DNA of 62,756 nucleotides, filler included, from Perkinsus olseni (Eukaryota): NCBI GenBank assembly GCA_013115125.1. It is 7 parts of 7 records of this genome, joined end to end, with 100 filler letters (N's around TTAATTAATTAA, not from the genome) between each part and the next. Parts side by side here need not be neighbours in the genome. Positions count along the whole stretch, not along the records: positions 45,043 to 53,926 come from JABANN010000946.1; positions 54,027 to 62,756 come from JABANN010000949.1; 5 more parts are not named here. One strand, 5' to 3'. Shown piece by piece: positions 51,366 to 62,683 of this stretch (position 1 is its first letter; each line of letters starts with the position of its first letter). The notes under the pieces were generated by a model. It saw only the letters and a program-made list of their open reading frames with translations, ran no database searches and was not told where the DNA came from. The position numbers and the translations under genes were made by a program.

Positions 51366-51882
51366 CTCTGGCGTAAAGATGTTATGCTGGTATGATACTA
51401 TGGGGTACTACTCCGATACTATCGGATTCCTTGTCTGCGTCCGGAAAAGAGATTCGTGCGTTTGTTCCTGCAATTTGAAAGAGGCACGGCGAGCGCAGTT
51501 TCGATGCCCTCTTCCTCGCTTACTATGTCAACACGACTCGGATTCAGTAGGAGACAAACATTACTGCCAAACAAAGATTACTACTTCGTACGAGGAACAG
51601 CTCCCAGCCACCAAATACGCGGCCGGGGCCTTCGCGACAAGCAAGAAATGTTGAAAAGAGTACGAGTTGGTTTATGATGTCAAGAAAGAAGATTACTAGA
51701 CAGAAGCCGTTAGCGACGACAATAATGACGACGGGCATGGCAAAGCGCTCTCACAAGGAGTTTGGTCGTCTTGCTGTCATCGTTACGGCTAGTAAAATTG
51801 GTGACAAACAGCTACTGCCTTCTAGGCTCAGCACACAGACCGAGGAAGAAGAGAAGTAACAGTAGGAAGAGAAGCTCGGGGT

Positions 51883-53925
51883 TCAAGCGGATTTCTCGAC
51901 ACGTTGACCATTAGCTACCTGGAAAGACGGAGAATATCACGCAACTGCGACCATTGACAGCAAATGAAACCCACCTTGTCCCCGATGTTTTCGTAGAGCC
52001 GATCGATCTCCTTCTCAAAGGTTTTGAAGGCTACATCTCGCTTCAGCTTGAAGGAGGGGGTCAACAGACCGTTCTCGGCAGTGAAGGGAATCGACGTGAG
52101 GTGAACGGCTTTAACCTACAGTCGCTGATGGTGGAAAAAGTAGAGCGAACAGAGACGACAGCCCACCTTCTCGAAGCCTCGCAATTTGTTTTTGTCGCTG
52201 ATCTCCTGGACGCTCCTCAAGACCAGGCTGCGAACGGCGTCACTCTCACACAGAGCCTTGGAACTCCTAGAGTGATAGACAGTCACGGACGAAGAATAAG
52301 GATGATCATCGTACCCAATCCCAGTAGCAGTACTCGGGAAATGCTCCGGCAAGTACTCAAAGTCCGGCACTATGACAGCCACTAGACGAGACTGAAAGCT
52401 GTTACCGTACACAAAGGATTGTGCGACCAGCGGCGACTCAGTGATGACGTTTTCGATCTTATCAGGGGCGATATACTCTGACAGCAACGAGTATTGAAAG
52501 GGAATCGGTGGCTACGGGAACCTGCACTACCTCCCTGGCTGAGCTTGAAGATACTTTTCTTCCTGTCGATGATCTTCAGCTGTCCCGTCTTCAACCACAT
52601 GCCGATATCCCCACTGTGGACCCAACCATCAGAGTCGATCGTCTCCTTGGTCTTCTCAGGCATCTTGTAGTATCTGATGAGCAAGACACCGTTCCTGTCT
52701 TTGCTGATCGGGTGAATGACTACCCTCTGAAGGTACAAGGGCCTCTGTAACATATCTCGCCACGACCCTTACACGATATAAAGTCACCCTTAGAACCTAA
52801 TAACCAAATCTTTCTATACAGAATGCAAAGACAGCGGAAACTTACCGTGTTGAGTATCAGTAGAGAGGTACCCCATTGCGGGCACATCCGCCAGTTTGAC
52901 CTCTAGGCATCCGACAGGGAGACCAACATTCCCTACTGAGAAGTCGTGCACATGAGCGTAGCTCACGGCACAGGTAGCCTCGGTCTGGCCGTATCCCTCA
53001 ACTACTGGACAAGCCAAGAGGGCTCTCATGAAGGTGAGCACATGAGATGCAATAGGGGCGCTGCCTGTCACGACAAGGCGGGCACGATCGAAGCCCAGCT
53101 TCTTCTTAATATCATCGAAAACTGTATTGTCCCAATAAGGGTGGGTAAGGAAGCCGTTACGCAGCCCCTCCTTCTTAGCCTCCATTGCTCGCTCGAAATG
53201 GGACTCCTTCATCCCTCCAGCCTTCCGAACGGCTCCAACGACATTGTCATAAACCCTATTGAGGATGCGGGGCACACAGGCGAAAAGGGTAGGTCTCAAG
53301 GCAGCTACATCATCCATAATCTTCCTAGAGTCGCCCTGGGAGAAGCCAATGGCAGCGCCGAAGTGATACATCATAGTCTGCACTAGGCGCTCCATCACAT
53401 GAGCAAGGGGAAGGTAGCTGAGGTACGCCTCGTCCTCAGCGCCAAACTTCAACAACGGGCTCTCGGTGGTGACTAGCTTCGTGAGACCAGCCACATTGGC
53501 CAGCATACCACCCTGACTGAGCAGTGCCCCCTTCGGGTGACCGGTAGTAGTACTACCGTAGTACCGCTCGTGTAGCAGAAGGTGCCGATGTCGGACTCTT
53601 CTCCAGTCAAAGGCTGGTACGTGGCCTTGGCGCCGCACGTCTCAACTTGGCAAAAGTCGAGTAGCTGCAAGCCCGCAGCTTCACAAGGTTCACGCAAAGC
53701 AGCAGCAGGAGCGAGGCAAACGATGGTCGCCAGAGAGGGGCAAGCCTCTCTGCAGCTGAGTAACTTGGGGACTTCGGCGGAGCTGCAGATGACGGTCCGA
53801 ACTTGCGTTTGGTTGATGACGTAAGAAACAGCATGCTCCCCGAGGGTATCATAGAGGGGGACTGTTGTAGCTCTCCTAGTGAATGCTCCTTGCTCAGCGA
53901 TAACCCACTCAGATCTGTTCTTCAT
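51883..53925 (-). pseudogene. ACSL: Long-chain acyl-CoA synthetase paralog with frameshift in P-loop (5' off contig)
   Basis: All ACSL motifs are present ([41 protein letters not shown]), but YTSGTTGHPKG is broken by a net 14-nt insertion at about 53544-53558. Could be a sequence error. Confidence 0.75.
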
Positions 53926-54286
53926 GNNNNNNNNNNNNNNNNNNNNNNNNNNNNNNNNNNNNNNNNNNNNTTAATTAATTAANNNNNNNNNNNNNNNNNN
54001 NNNNNNNNNNNNNNNNNNNNNNNNNNGTCGTGAAATGTTCGTTTATATCCGAGTTACAACACTTTAGTCGACTTGCATATCAAACCCGAACGCACTGTAG
54101 TGTTCACCAAATCCAACTTGTCTCCTCGTTGAAGATACCTTTAGAACTCCGAAAGGGATGTCGAGGAGAGCGGTGGGTCGAGACATGGGATGGCGTTTAA
54201 CGTCAGTAACCCGGTCACCGAGACGTTAGGGGACTCGACTCCGGTAGTATCAGAACGCACCATCGGAGGGCCGCCCACCCACGGAA

Positions 54287-54337
54287 AGAAAACAGTGACT
54301 CATCTATCACTAAGTGATAGATGAGTCACTGTTTTCT
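54287..54337. repeat. Perfect 25-bp-arm inverted repeat with 1-nt spacer
   Basis: AGAAAACAGTGACTCATCTATCACT-a-AGTGATAGATGAGTCACTGTTTTCT. Confidence 0.95.
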
Positions 54338-55059
54338 CAGTGATAATCACTTTTAGCCTCTGAACCATCTTAATATGGCATCTGCCCGAAATGAATCTTC
54401 AGATGGGCAGTGAGATCTTTTCGCTCTTCCTCGATGGGCAATCTTTGGCCATGTGACCCTTGCCGCCGCCGCAGACAAAGCACTCGGGTTCTGTACCGTA
54501 CGACGCCATACAAAGGGAAATCGTGGACGGCGGCGACCAGACAAGGTGCGACTGGCACTCATGTCCAACAGGCAAGAGAGTCTCTTGCTTGTCTCTTACA
54601 GAGACCGCGACGGGGCCCTGTGGTGACCAAAATCTGGGATGATCTTTATTGGCGATGACAGGGCACCATGCACAAAAGCCACTAGCCGAACCTCAACCCC
54701 AACAGAAATCTCGACAGCGGCCCGGTTCACACTAAGGTGAGCGGATCGGCATCCCCAGCGAGAGTCTCGCTATCTCGCATCAACTGCGCCTCTTGATCGC
54801 AACCTGCTGTGATGCTTTCGGGTTCTTCAAGGGCTCGGCTATATCCCTCAGCAGAAAGACTCCGTCGCCAGCCAACTCCCTCGTATCTTCCTGGCGTAGA
54901 AGAGCTCTCGGATAACGAGGTTCCAGTATGAATTGCAGACTCAGCAAATCTGGGCCAGATCATCTGGGTCGGAATTAGAAGCTGAGAAATTTTAATATCC
55001 TGATGAAGGGGGCAAGACCCTCGAACTGGACTTTCACTCGCCAAAGAGACATCACAGGC

Positions 55060-58000
55060 ATACCGACCGTTGCGTTTCAAGGTCCATCTTGTGGTCGAAA
55101 GTCTTCTCGAGTTGGTCCAAGTTAGTCAGGTGGGTGTCCGCTAGCTGCACAAGCTCCTCCTCGAAGCCTGCAAACGGATACACCATCCCAGAGAATCCAG
55201 CAAGGGTCAGCATCTTCACGCTTTGTGACGAGACGAAGCCGTGAGAGCAACGATCTCAGCATTCCAACTCACCAGCCACCATCACGTCTTTATCGTCCTT
55301 GAGTTGGCCATAGCTCCCCATCTCCTTCGTCATTGTTTCCGAGTACTTCTCCTCCAACTTATCAGCTTTCTCGCGATGCTTCTCGTCTCGAAGCCTGACA
55401 AATAGGCACCCTCTCTAGCTCGTATCCGACCAGTCTGAGTTCTGACGCAGTTCAGCCGATCGGAAACACCTCGATTTTTCGAAAAAAAACAAGTTTCCAG
55501 CACCCCCGCTGGTGTGTTTGCTCACCTCAACTGATACTCGATCTGGTCTCCTAGCTCAGCCACCTGTCGCTCCAATTCGGTGATGAGCCTCTCCCTCTTA
55601 TCCAGGTACGCTCTCGTGACCAGCGTCTCTTCAGAGGTCGGAAGAGATGACTGCTTAGGGTCGCCTTTCCGTGGACTTCCGTCAGTAACTTAAAACGAGC
55701 AATGAACAACCTCCTTCGGCTAAAGGAAATTACCAGCTGTTCGTGCCGCTGAGAGAGGCGATAGTCTCACCTAAAACGACAGCCGAGCGGAACTTAGAAG
55801 TCGGAATTTTTCACTCAAACGATTATAGGGTCCCAAGCGATTGATAGTCAAGCGCGAGAGTGCCCTTTGCACAGGAATAATTAAGCATCTCCAGCGAGGG
55901 CTCGTTTTGCACCCAAACGATCATAATATAATCAGGAAATTTCCGAGCCGTCGGAGATTTCAGCCAGTCCTCAGAGGAAATTTCCTGAAATTGTACCGAA
56001 TTTCACCCTTGATTTTCTTGAAACCTCTCCGGCAATGTCACTGTGACATTGTCACATCGCACCTGATGCATCAGTATGTCAGTCTCCTAATAATACTGAT
56101 AGACTATTAGCGATAGTAATAATCTATTAGCGATAGTCTAATAGGTGCGATCAAATCGATCATCTGGGCGCGTGCTCAGCACATCCTTTACTCCTATGTT
56201 TGAGGGGCTTTCAATTTGACAGGTCGAAGCTTCCACATTTGAAACGTCGACGCATTAGCATACCCTGCTGGAGACGTTACTACGTTACTTTGCAAACCCG
56301 GCTGAATAAGGCTGGAACAGCGAGCATTCGCGAATTTCATATTTTTTTGAAATTTCCGCCCTCGTCGGAAATTTCCGAAATACACTCCGGAAATTTCAAT
56401 TAAATTTCCGCCGTGGAAATCTATGTGCACACTCCGGATTATACGAGATAGGTAATTTCTCACCCCAACGATTAATTCTACACCGATAAATTTACGCAGA
56501 AATTGTCGTCATACAGAGTCTCTTCATGACGATAATTCCGAAATTCTTTCGTAATCAAATTTCTTCTCTCTGTAACAGAGAGAAGAATTTTACTAACCTT
56601 CACCAAAGTCGACTCACTGGAGATCCCGGCACCCCCGTCGAGGCTTCTATCGAGGCCATCGATGGCAGCCAGATTTGGAAGACCATCAACGTCCCGTCCT
56701 CCGAGATAGTAAAGAGATGCTCATCTCGGTGGGACAGCACCATGCGAGTGATCCCTCCGCAGTGAGCCTGGCGAAGCAGCTACGCTGACCGCGCGCCACG
56801 AAATTCCCACCGGCAACTCCATAAACGCGTTGATCGGCACCGCTGCAGTGCGCCGCTTGTCCCTCCGTGAAGACGTTGGAATAATATAAACCTGATACAA
56901 TCACAATGGTAACAGGTAAAGCAGCGATGATCGCAAACAGCCCAGCATAAACGGTTACCGTCGAGCTGGTAGCATGAATTAATCTACCCTGCTCACCTTC
57001 AGTGTGCTCGGCAGAGAGACTTTCCCATTTCGCATACACTCAGGATCGGTATGTTCGTCAATAATGGTATTAACAACGCTAGTTCCCTCAGAAGCAGGGA
57101 CTGTTCCAGACTGCGAATCAGGCAGCATCGCAGAGCAGCTGCCGAACAGGAGAGCAGGGCGGGAGCCGGCCGAGGTGGGCACCACCAAAGGCTGAGGACT
57201 CGGTCCTCCGGCTTGAGGACCTCCGCTCTTCGCCTGAAACTCACGTCTCCAACCTTACCGACCCGACACGTCCTCCTACCTGATTTTGCTTCATACGCTC
57301 CGTAGGACTCAACGTAGCGCCACTACTAGCTTGTCGCTGTTCATGCTCATCGGGAGCTAATATGCTGTTCATGACAGTCCCGGGGGTCGGGCGAATGTCA
57401 TAAACTCGATCATAAGTGCCGAACTTCCCCTCATGATTCGGGCCAAGTTCTACGATTGTCCCGTCAGAACAGCTGATGTAGATGGTATGTCTGCACAGGC
57501 GCACCTGTTGGGTGCCTTGAGTGCCGCTGGTCGAGGAACTTCCACTCTGAGAGGGACGCCAAGTTGTAAGCATCAAATTCAACAGCCTCGGTAGCTCAGT
57601 CGGTAGAGCGCGTGCTTTTTAAGCCCGTGGTCGTGGGTTCGAGCCCCGCCCGAGGTGTTTTAACTTACACTCGATGCGAACGTTGTCGTGACTTCTCCCT
57701 AAACAAACCCAATCAGTCTCCACCAGCCAGCTCATCATCAAACCCACCGTCGTCCGCCCCGCCTGCGCTTCCGCCCTCATCACCGCCGCCCCCACCGCCC
57801 TAACACCCCTATTCTTCGGTCGCCACTCCCGGGAACTCCGACATGGTCCACCGAATCCTTCCACGCCGACCAGAACATACTCGTACCTGAGTGACCCCTC
57901 TCCGCCGAGATGTCTTGCGTCGCGTCACATCTTCGGGCGAGCGCTTTTTTCAAAGGGCCGTAGGGCATTTGATCTTCGGCGAAGATTCTTCGCTTTGCAC

Positions 58001-61000
58001 ACCTTTGAATTATTCTCATCGGAACTCTCCGTGTGAGGAACACACCAACCCTGTCACCCACAAAAGATTCGACAAAACTTACACTATCCCCTCCGAACTT
58101 GTCACCACCACAACAGAATCATCATCGCTAAACTCAATCACTCGAGCACGCCTGAACGACACACAATTTCCGTCAACAAATTCGAACCAATTGCCCTCAC
58201 CCGCCCAACCCCGCTGCCGCGAGGGCCTCCTGCAGCCCGGCGCTGCCGAGCATAGACGCCTGCCCACTCGCCACTGTCGTGCAAAAAAGCTGAGCGCTGT
58301 AGGTCCGATAGATCTGATAGCGGAAATCCTCACACCCCCCGAGCCAGACCAGGGACGACCGACCTGAACTTGGTTTGCCGATATCGCCACAGCCAAAAGA
58401 TGCCCTCCGTTGGAGTACTTCACCTCCCTGCAATTTCTCACTAGAAGATCTTTGTAAGGTTGAATGTCGTCCATGAGAAGATTCATCAGCCTGATCACGA
58501 GTGGGTATCAATTCCCATCAGCAAATTCTACGCAAAAAATATCAAATTTCCCGAAAAAATTGCGTAAAACGCAGGCTTGAAAATCTCGGTTTAACCCCTG
58601 CACCCCTCCTCTCTCATTCTGCTCAACATAACCATCCACAAAGATGCCCTTGCCCGAAAATATCCCATTTCCACTACCGAACCTGCGCGCATTCCCCATT
58701 CATCCTCAAGCGTTCATGTTCCTCCGCCTTCTCTTCGCCTCACGCCTTAACCCATTTACGCAATATTTTCACTACTAGGGTACGAGGGTGGCGCCCCGGC
58801 TCCATCAGGTGACGACAGCCCAGCTGATTCTAGGGCTATCCAAAAGCTAGGACCGTCGCCGGTCTACTCAGTTCGGGACTGCACGTGAATTTCGCCTCGA
58901 GGATGTTGTGGTAAGCTCGATAACGATAGGAGAGAGTAGCAGCACCCGGCCATCGAGTGACGCTGGCCCACCTTATTCGATCTGCGAAGGCCACGATGAG
59001 TCCAAAGCCGTTGGGATGAATCGCAACGCTTAGGACCTCCTCTTCGAACTTCTTGGACACCTCGCATGTCCGGTCAATATAGTTCCAAACCACCACCTGA
59101 GAAGGGTGGCAAGAGGTCCCAGGTTCGATCCCGGCACCCTACATTTTTATCAACCCCGCAAGTAGCCACCAGCGGTCGTCTGACGCAAACGCTTAGACCG
59201 GTTATCGGCCCGGTATGGAGGGGAGTTGATAGGTACTCCAACAGCCTCTTCCCCTGGGGTTCTTGAGCATCCGTCACTTCCTCAGCTCCTTCTGAAAAGA
59301 CGCATGCCAAACTGCATAGAAATAACCAAGCTCGGGTTCGCACGTATCTTAGGTTGACTATGGGCTAAGACAGAATTAAAGATTCCGGCAATTGACGCGG
59401 TCCAGAGTTTACAGAAAAATCATTCGCTACCAAGACCTCGTTCGAAAAGGTTGAGCATGGCGAGAAAATGAGTATCTTAGGTTGACCATGAGCTAGGACA
59501 GAATAAAAAGGATGACAATTCGCGCAGTCGAGAGTCTTCAAACCAAAAACCGGAAAAAAATTTTCCCCGACCAAGATCGCCTTCGACAAGATTGAGCCCA
59601 GCGAGAAAAAAGGTATCTTAGGTTGACCATGGTCACTCGCAGAATTGTACCCTATTACCCTCGTCTCCCCTCGGTTTCTCGTTCTCTTCCTCCGCGCTCA
59701 AATACACGGAATAAATTTGACCATCCGATACACCAGCCACGATATTCTCACCATTTGGTGAGAGGGAGATGCAGTGGACGTATCTTGCAAGGCGGTCATG
59801 AACAGAATAGGTCGACTCTGGCGCAAGACAGAGTGAAAAGATTCCTCCGGCATTGGTAGCGGGATAGGGCCGAAAGTAATTATATTTTCCTCAGCAGCTG
59901 TGATACATCGCTCCGCTTTTTTTGTCAACAACCATAGTGACCTCCAAGATACTCGGCTGTAATAATAAGACGGAATTTCAATACCAAAAAAGGTAAGAAA
60001 CTAAGTCCAGACAGACTAGCAAAAAACTAAGGGAAATTATTATTTTTCCCCTCGAAAAGGGAAGGTAAGAAACTATCGGAACCGCGTATCTTAGGTTGAC
60101 CATAGGAAGATGCAGAAAAGCCCAACCCGCTACCTGTTGGCCCTGGCAATCGCTTCCTTCGCAGCCTCTGTGCCTTCCCGAGAAGTTCCCCTCCGATCAG
60201 CTTCGGGCGAAGCCTCTCCTTTCTCTGCCACTACACTCGACGTCATGTCTAGACGAAACTCTCTCGACAAAAGATGTCCCTAACAAGTATCCAAGGTCGA
60301 CCTCTGCAAGATACGAAATAGGTCGCCATGAAGGCCTATGCTTTCAAGTCCACGAAACGCGAAAAAAACCAACTTTCCAAAATTTTCGACGAATTATTTC
60401 TATTTTTCTTCGCGGAAATTCTCAGCAACTTGACGGGTCTCTCCGCTGATTGGCAAATACTTCCATCACAATTTTTCACCAAGAAAATTTTTTTCCACCT
60501 GGAAATTCCCGCGCTCGAAACCACCCACCTCTTTCGAATCCAAGCTCCTCTCATAAACTCTCATCGTCGAATCAACCCCGCCCAGCACAAATCCCTTAGC
60601 GGTAGCCACCGCGCACAGACACGACCTGGCAAGGCCTGATAAATAATTTCGTGGCGCGCGGTCATGTACCTGTGCTCTCCCGGGCCAGTCGAGACCGTTC
60701 CTTTGAACTCGCCATTACTCTCGTAAAGGAAAAGCTCCCCTTTTTCACTGCCGATCAATAAACTGAAGGAAAAAAATCTTGCGCGTGCGTGCAAAAGATT
60801 CCCAAAGATACCTTCCCTCTGCCAGCCAGGCTTGGCAGGTGAAATTGAAATTGGTGTTTTCGCTTTCACGGTTCTTGTTGGCGGGTTGGACAGGAAGAGG
60901 CTTCATGAGACCATCACCGATCCTGAGGGGGTATAAATGATGATGAGGGGGAAATGTGGTAAAGAGAGTGCGGCTGGTGGATTTTTATGTCCACTGGAGT

Positions 61001-62440
61001 ATCTTAGGTTGATCATGGTCGAAGAGAAAACGACGATCGCTAACGGCATGTATGACAGTAGAGTAGAGCAACACTTTTCGTATCTTAGGTTGACTACAGG
61101 TCAGATACAAAACAGCTCAGGTACTTACCGGTAGAGTTTGAATGTACCCTCCCCAATAACCGACACGATTGCCGCATCCGTCGGATGACAGGCAGCGTCA
61201 TGAACAATCGCCACCCCTGCGGTACCACTCAAGGCCTGCGGAAAATACCCTCGCCAGGGATCGAACCCACGACCTCTCGCTCACCGGCATAGACTTCGTC
61301 CCGACGGACGTTATGCTCTGTGAAGCCAATCTCCTGATGGACATCTTCCTCGTCGTGCCCGTGATCGGCGGTGCTATCTGCTAATAAAGTATCCAAGGTC
61401 GACCCTGGGAACTTTCAGAATCGCAACAAAAACAATTCGGCAACCGTAAAAATCCAAATTTTCCATTCAACCCCGTAAAAAAATTTCTTGCAATTTTTTC
61501 TACTATAATATTCTCAATATAATCAGCGATAACTTTCAAACTTACACGATAGTAAATTCACGGCGCTTGATATTTTATCCATCGATTTCGTTGAAGTGTC
61601 ACCGGTGATACGTAAATCGCCGTGAATTTTCGAAAAATTATTACTATTATCTTCCGCACATTCTCAACACCACGAACAGTCACCGAAAATCTTCAATTTC
61701 TGCGCTCCTCTACTTTTAAAATTTTCATGCAATAGGTAATCCCACCTTCGTCCACGCCAAGAGCCTCGAAGCACCAGCTGCCACTTTGTCCAACCTCCAG
61801 TGACCGAGCCAGCAGCTCATAGATGAACCCGCAGCTGGGGTAGTGGAGATGGTGATGAGAGACTTTCCGTCAGCAGGGAAGGAGATGGCGGTGACGCATC
61901 CTGAGGTTGGCCAGGGGGAGCGGGAAGGCGTTTGGGGATGCTTGGAAGGGGCCTGAATAACAACTGGTGTTCATTTTATGCTACTCGCACGACCACAATA
62001 GATAAATAAGAAATAGCTTCACCCGAGTGAGAAGACACTCCTCAATTTTATGCTACAACCACGACCACAACGAGATAGCGTCTACATCGCCATGTTGTCA
62101 TCTCGAGTTTCTTCATTCGTGAGCTCATCAAACCAAGACCAACTTTCCGACAACTCTTACCATAATTTCCGAAATCGCTCATCCCCACTCACAAGAAGCA
62201 GGCGAAGAATGGACGGTGGGTCCATTCTTCTTCCACCGGATGGGCGTGGAACCCGAAACGGCCGCTTCGCTAGGTCATGTGTGCAATTCTCAGAAAGAAA
62301 GATTTCCCAGGCTACCTCAGACTGTTCATGCGTCATCGGATGGACATTCAGTACTCGCCTTTTTCTGACGGTATCACCCTTACAGCGGAGGTCATAGACC
62401 GTGACCGTGGGGGCAGTGGGAGTACCGTCACTCGCCCTGA
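55060..62440 (-). CDS. CFAP57: Cilia- and flagella-associated protein 57 (WDR65), multi-exon WD40 + coiled-coil; both ends incomplete or uncertain
   Basis: Exons in CFAP57 order: PTVTVYDL..RKRRVLN, VTAISFPADGKSL, CHPTDAAIVSVIGEGTFKLYR, LLIGSEKGELFLYES, EYLSTPLHTGPITGLSVCVRRPLVATCGVDKN|VVVWNY, SVAIHPNGFGLIVAFADRIR|LMNLLMDDI, VKYSNGGHLLAV, AHCGGITRMVLSHRDEHLFTISEDGTL, EETLVTRAYL, IEYQLR|LRD. Confidence 0.9.
57585..57657 (+). tRNA. trnK: tRNA-Lys(TTT), antisense within CFAP57
   Basis: GCCTCGGTAGCTCAGTCGGTAGAGCGCGTGCTTTTTAAGCCCGTGGTCGTGGGTTCGAGCCCCGCCCGAGGTG followed by TTTT. One U:C mismatch in the anticodon stem. Confidence 0.88.
59097..59142 (-). other. 46-nt CFAP57 intron containing antisense tRNA 3'-half/B-box element
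   Basis: GTAGGGTGCCGGGATCGAACCTGGGACCTCTTGCCACCCTTCTCAG. Removal gives the conserved CGVDKN-VVVWNY. Confidence 0.85.
59344..61406 (+). repeat. Dispersed intronic motif family GTATCYWAGGTYGAY (8 copies)
   Basis: Copies at 59344, 59472, 59613, 60086, 60287, 60999, 61080 and 61389. The first three sit in degenerate ~130-140 bp tandem units. Confidence 0.85.
61236..61284 (-). other. 49-nt CFAP57 intron containing tRNA 3'-half/B-box element (sense)
   Basis: GTGAGCGAGAGGTCGTGGGTTCGATCCCTGGCGAGGGTATTTTCCGCAG. Removal joins SMP to ALSGTAG...CHPTD in frame. Confidence 0.82.
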
Positions 62441-62683
62441 AATTCAAACTTTGCAAATGCAATAATGGTTCGCTGGCGAAGCTGAATCAGACCTCAGAAT
62501 CTTCATGAAACTCGTCACTGACGAGTCGCCAGTATGAAAAATGTTCTCTTATCAAGATATTTTTTCACTCGAGTGAACAAGATTTATTACCGCAAAAAAG
62601 TTAAAAATTATTCGATATTAAAGTGTTGCGTTCGTATAGATAACCATCATTCGCGGCTACAACGGCCGTCATAATTTATCGCA

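Noticed and set aside
59344-59650. CRISPR-like array of ~20-37 bp repeats
   Set aside because: Spacing is 128-141 bp and then irregular, the intervening sequences are themselves similar, there are no cas genes, and the context is a eukaryotic intron.
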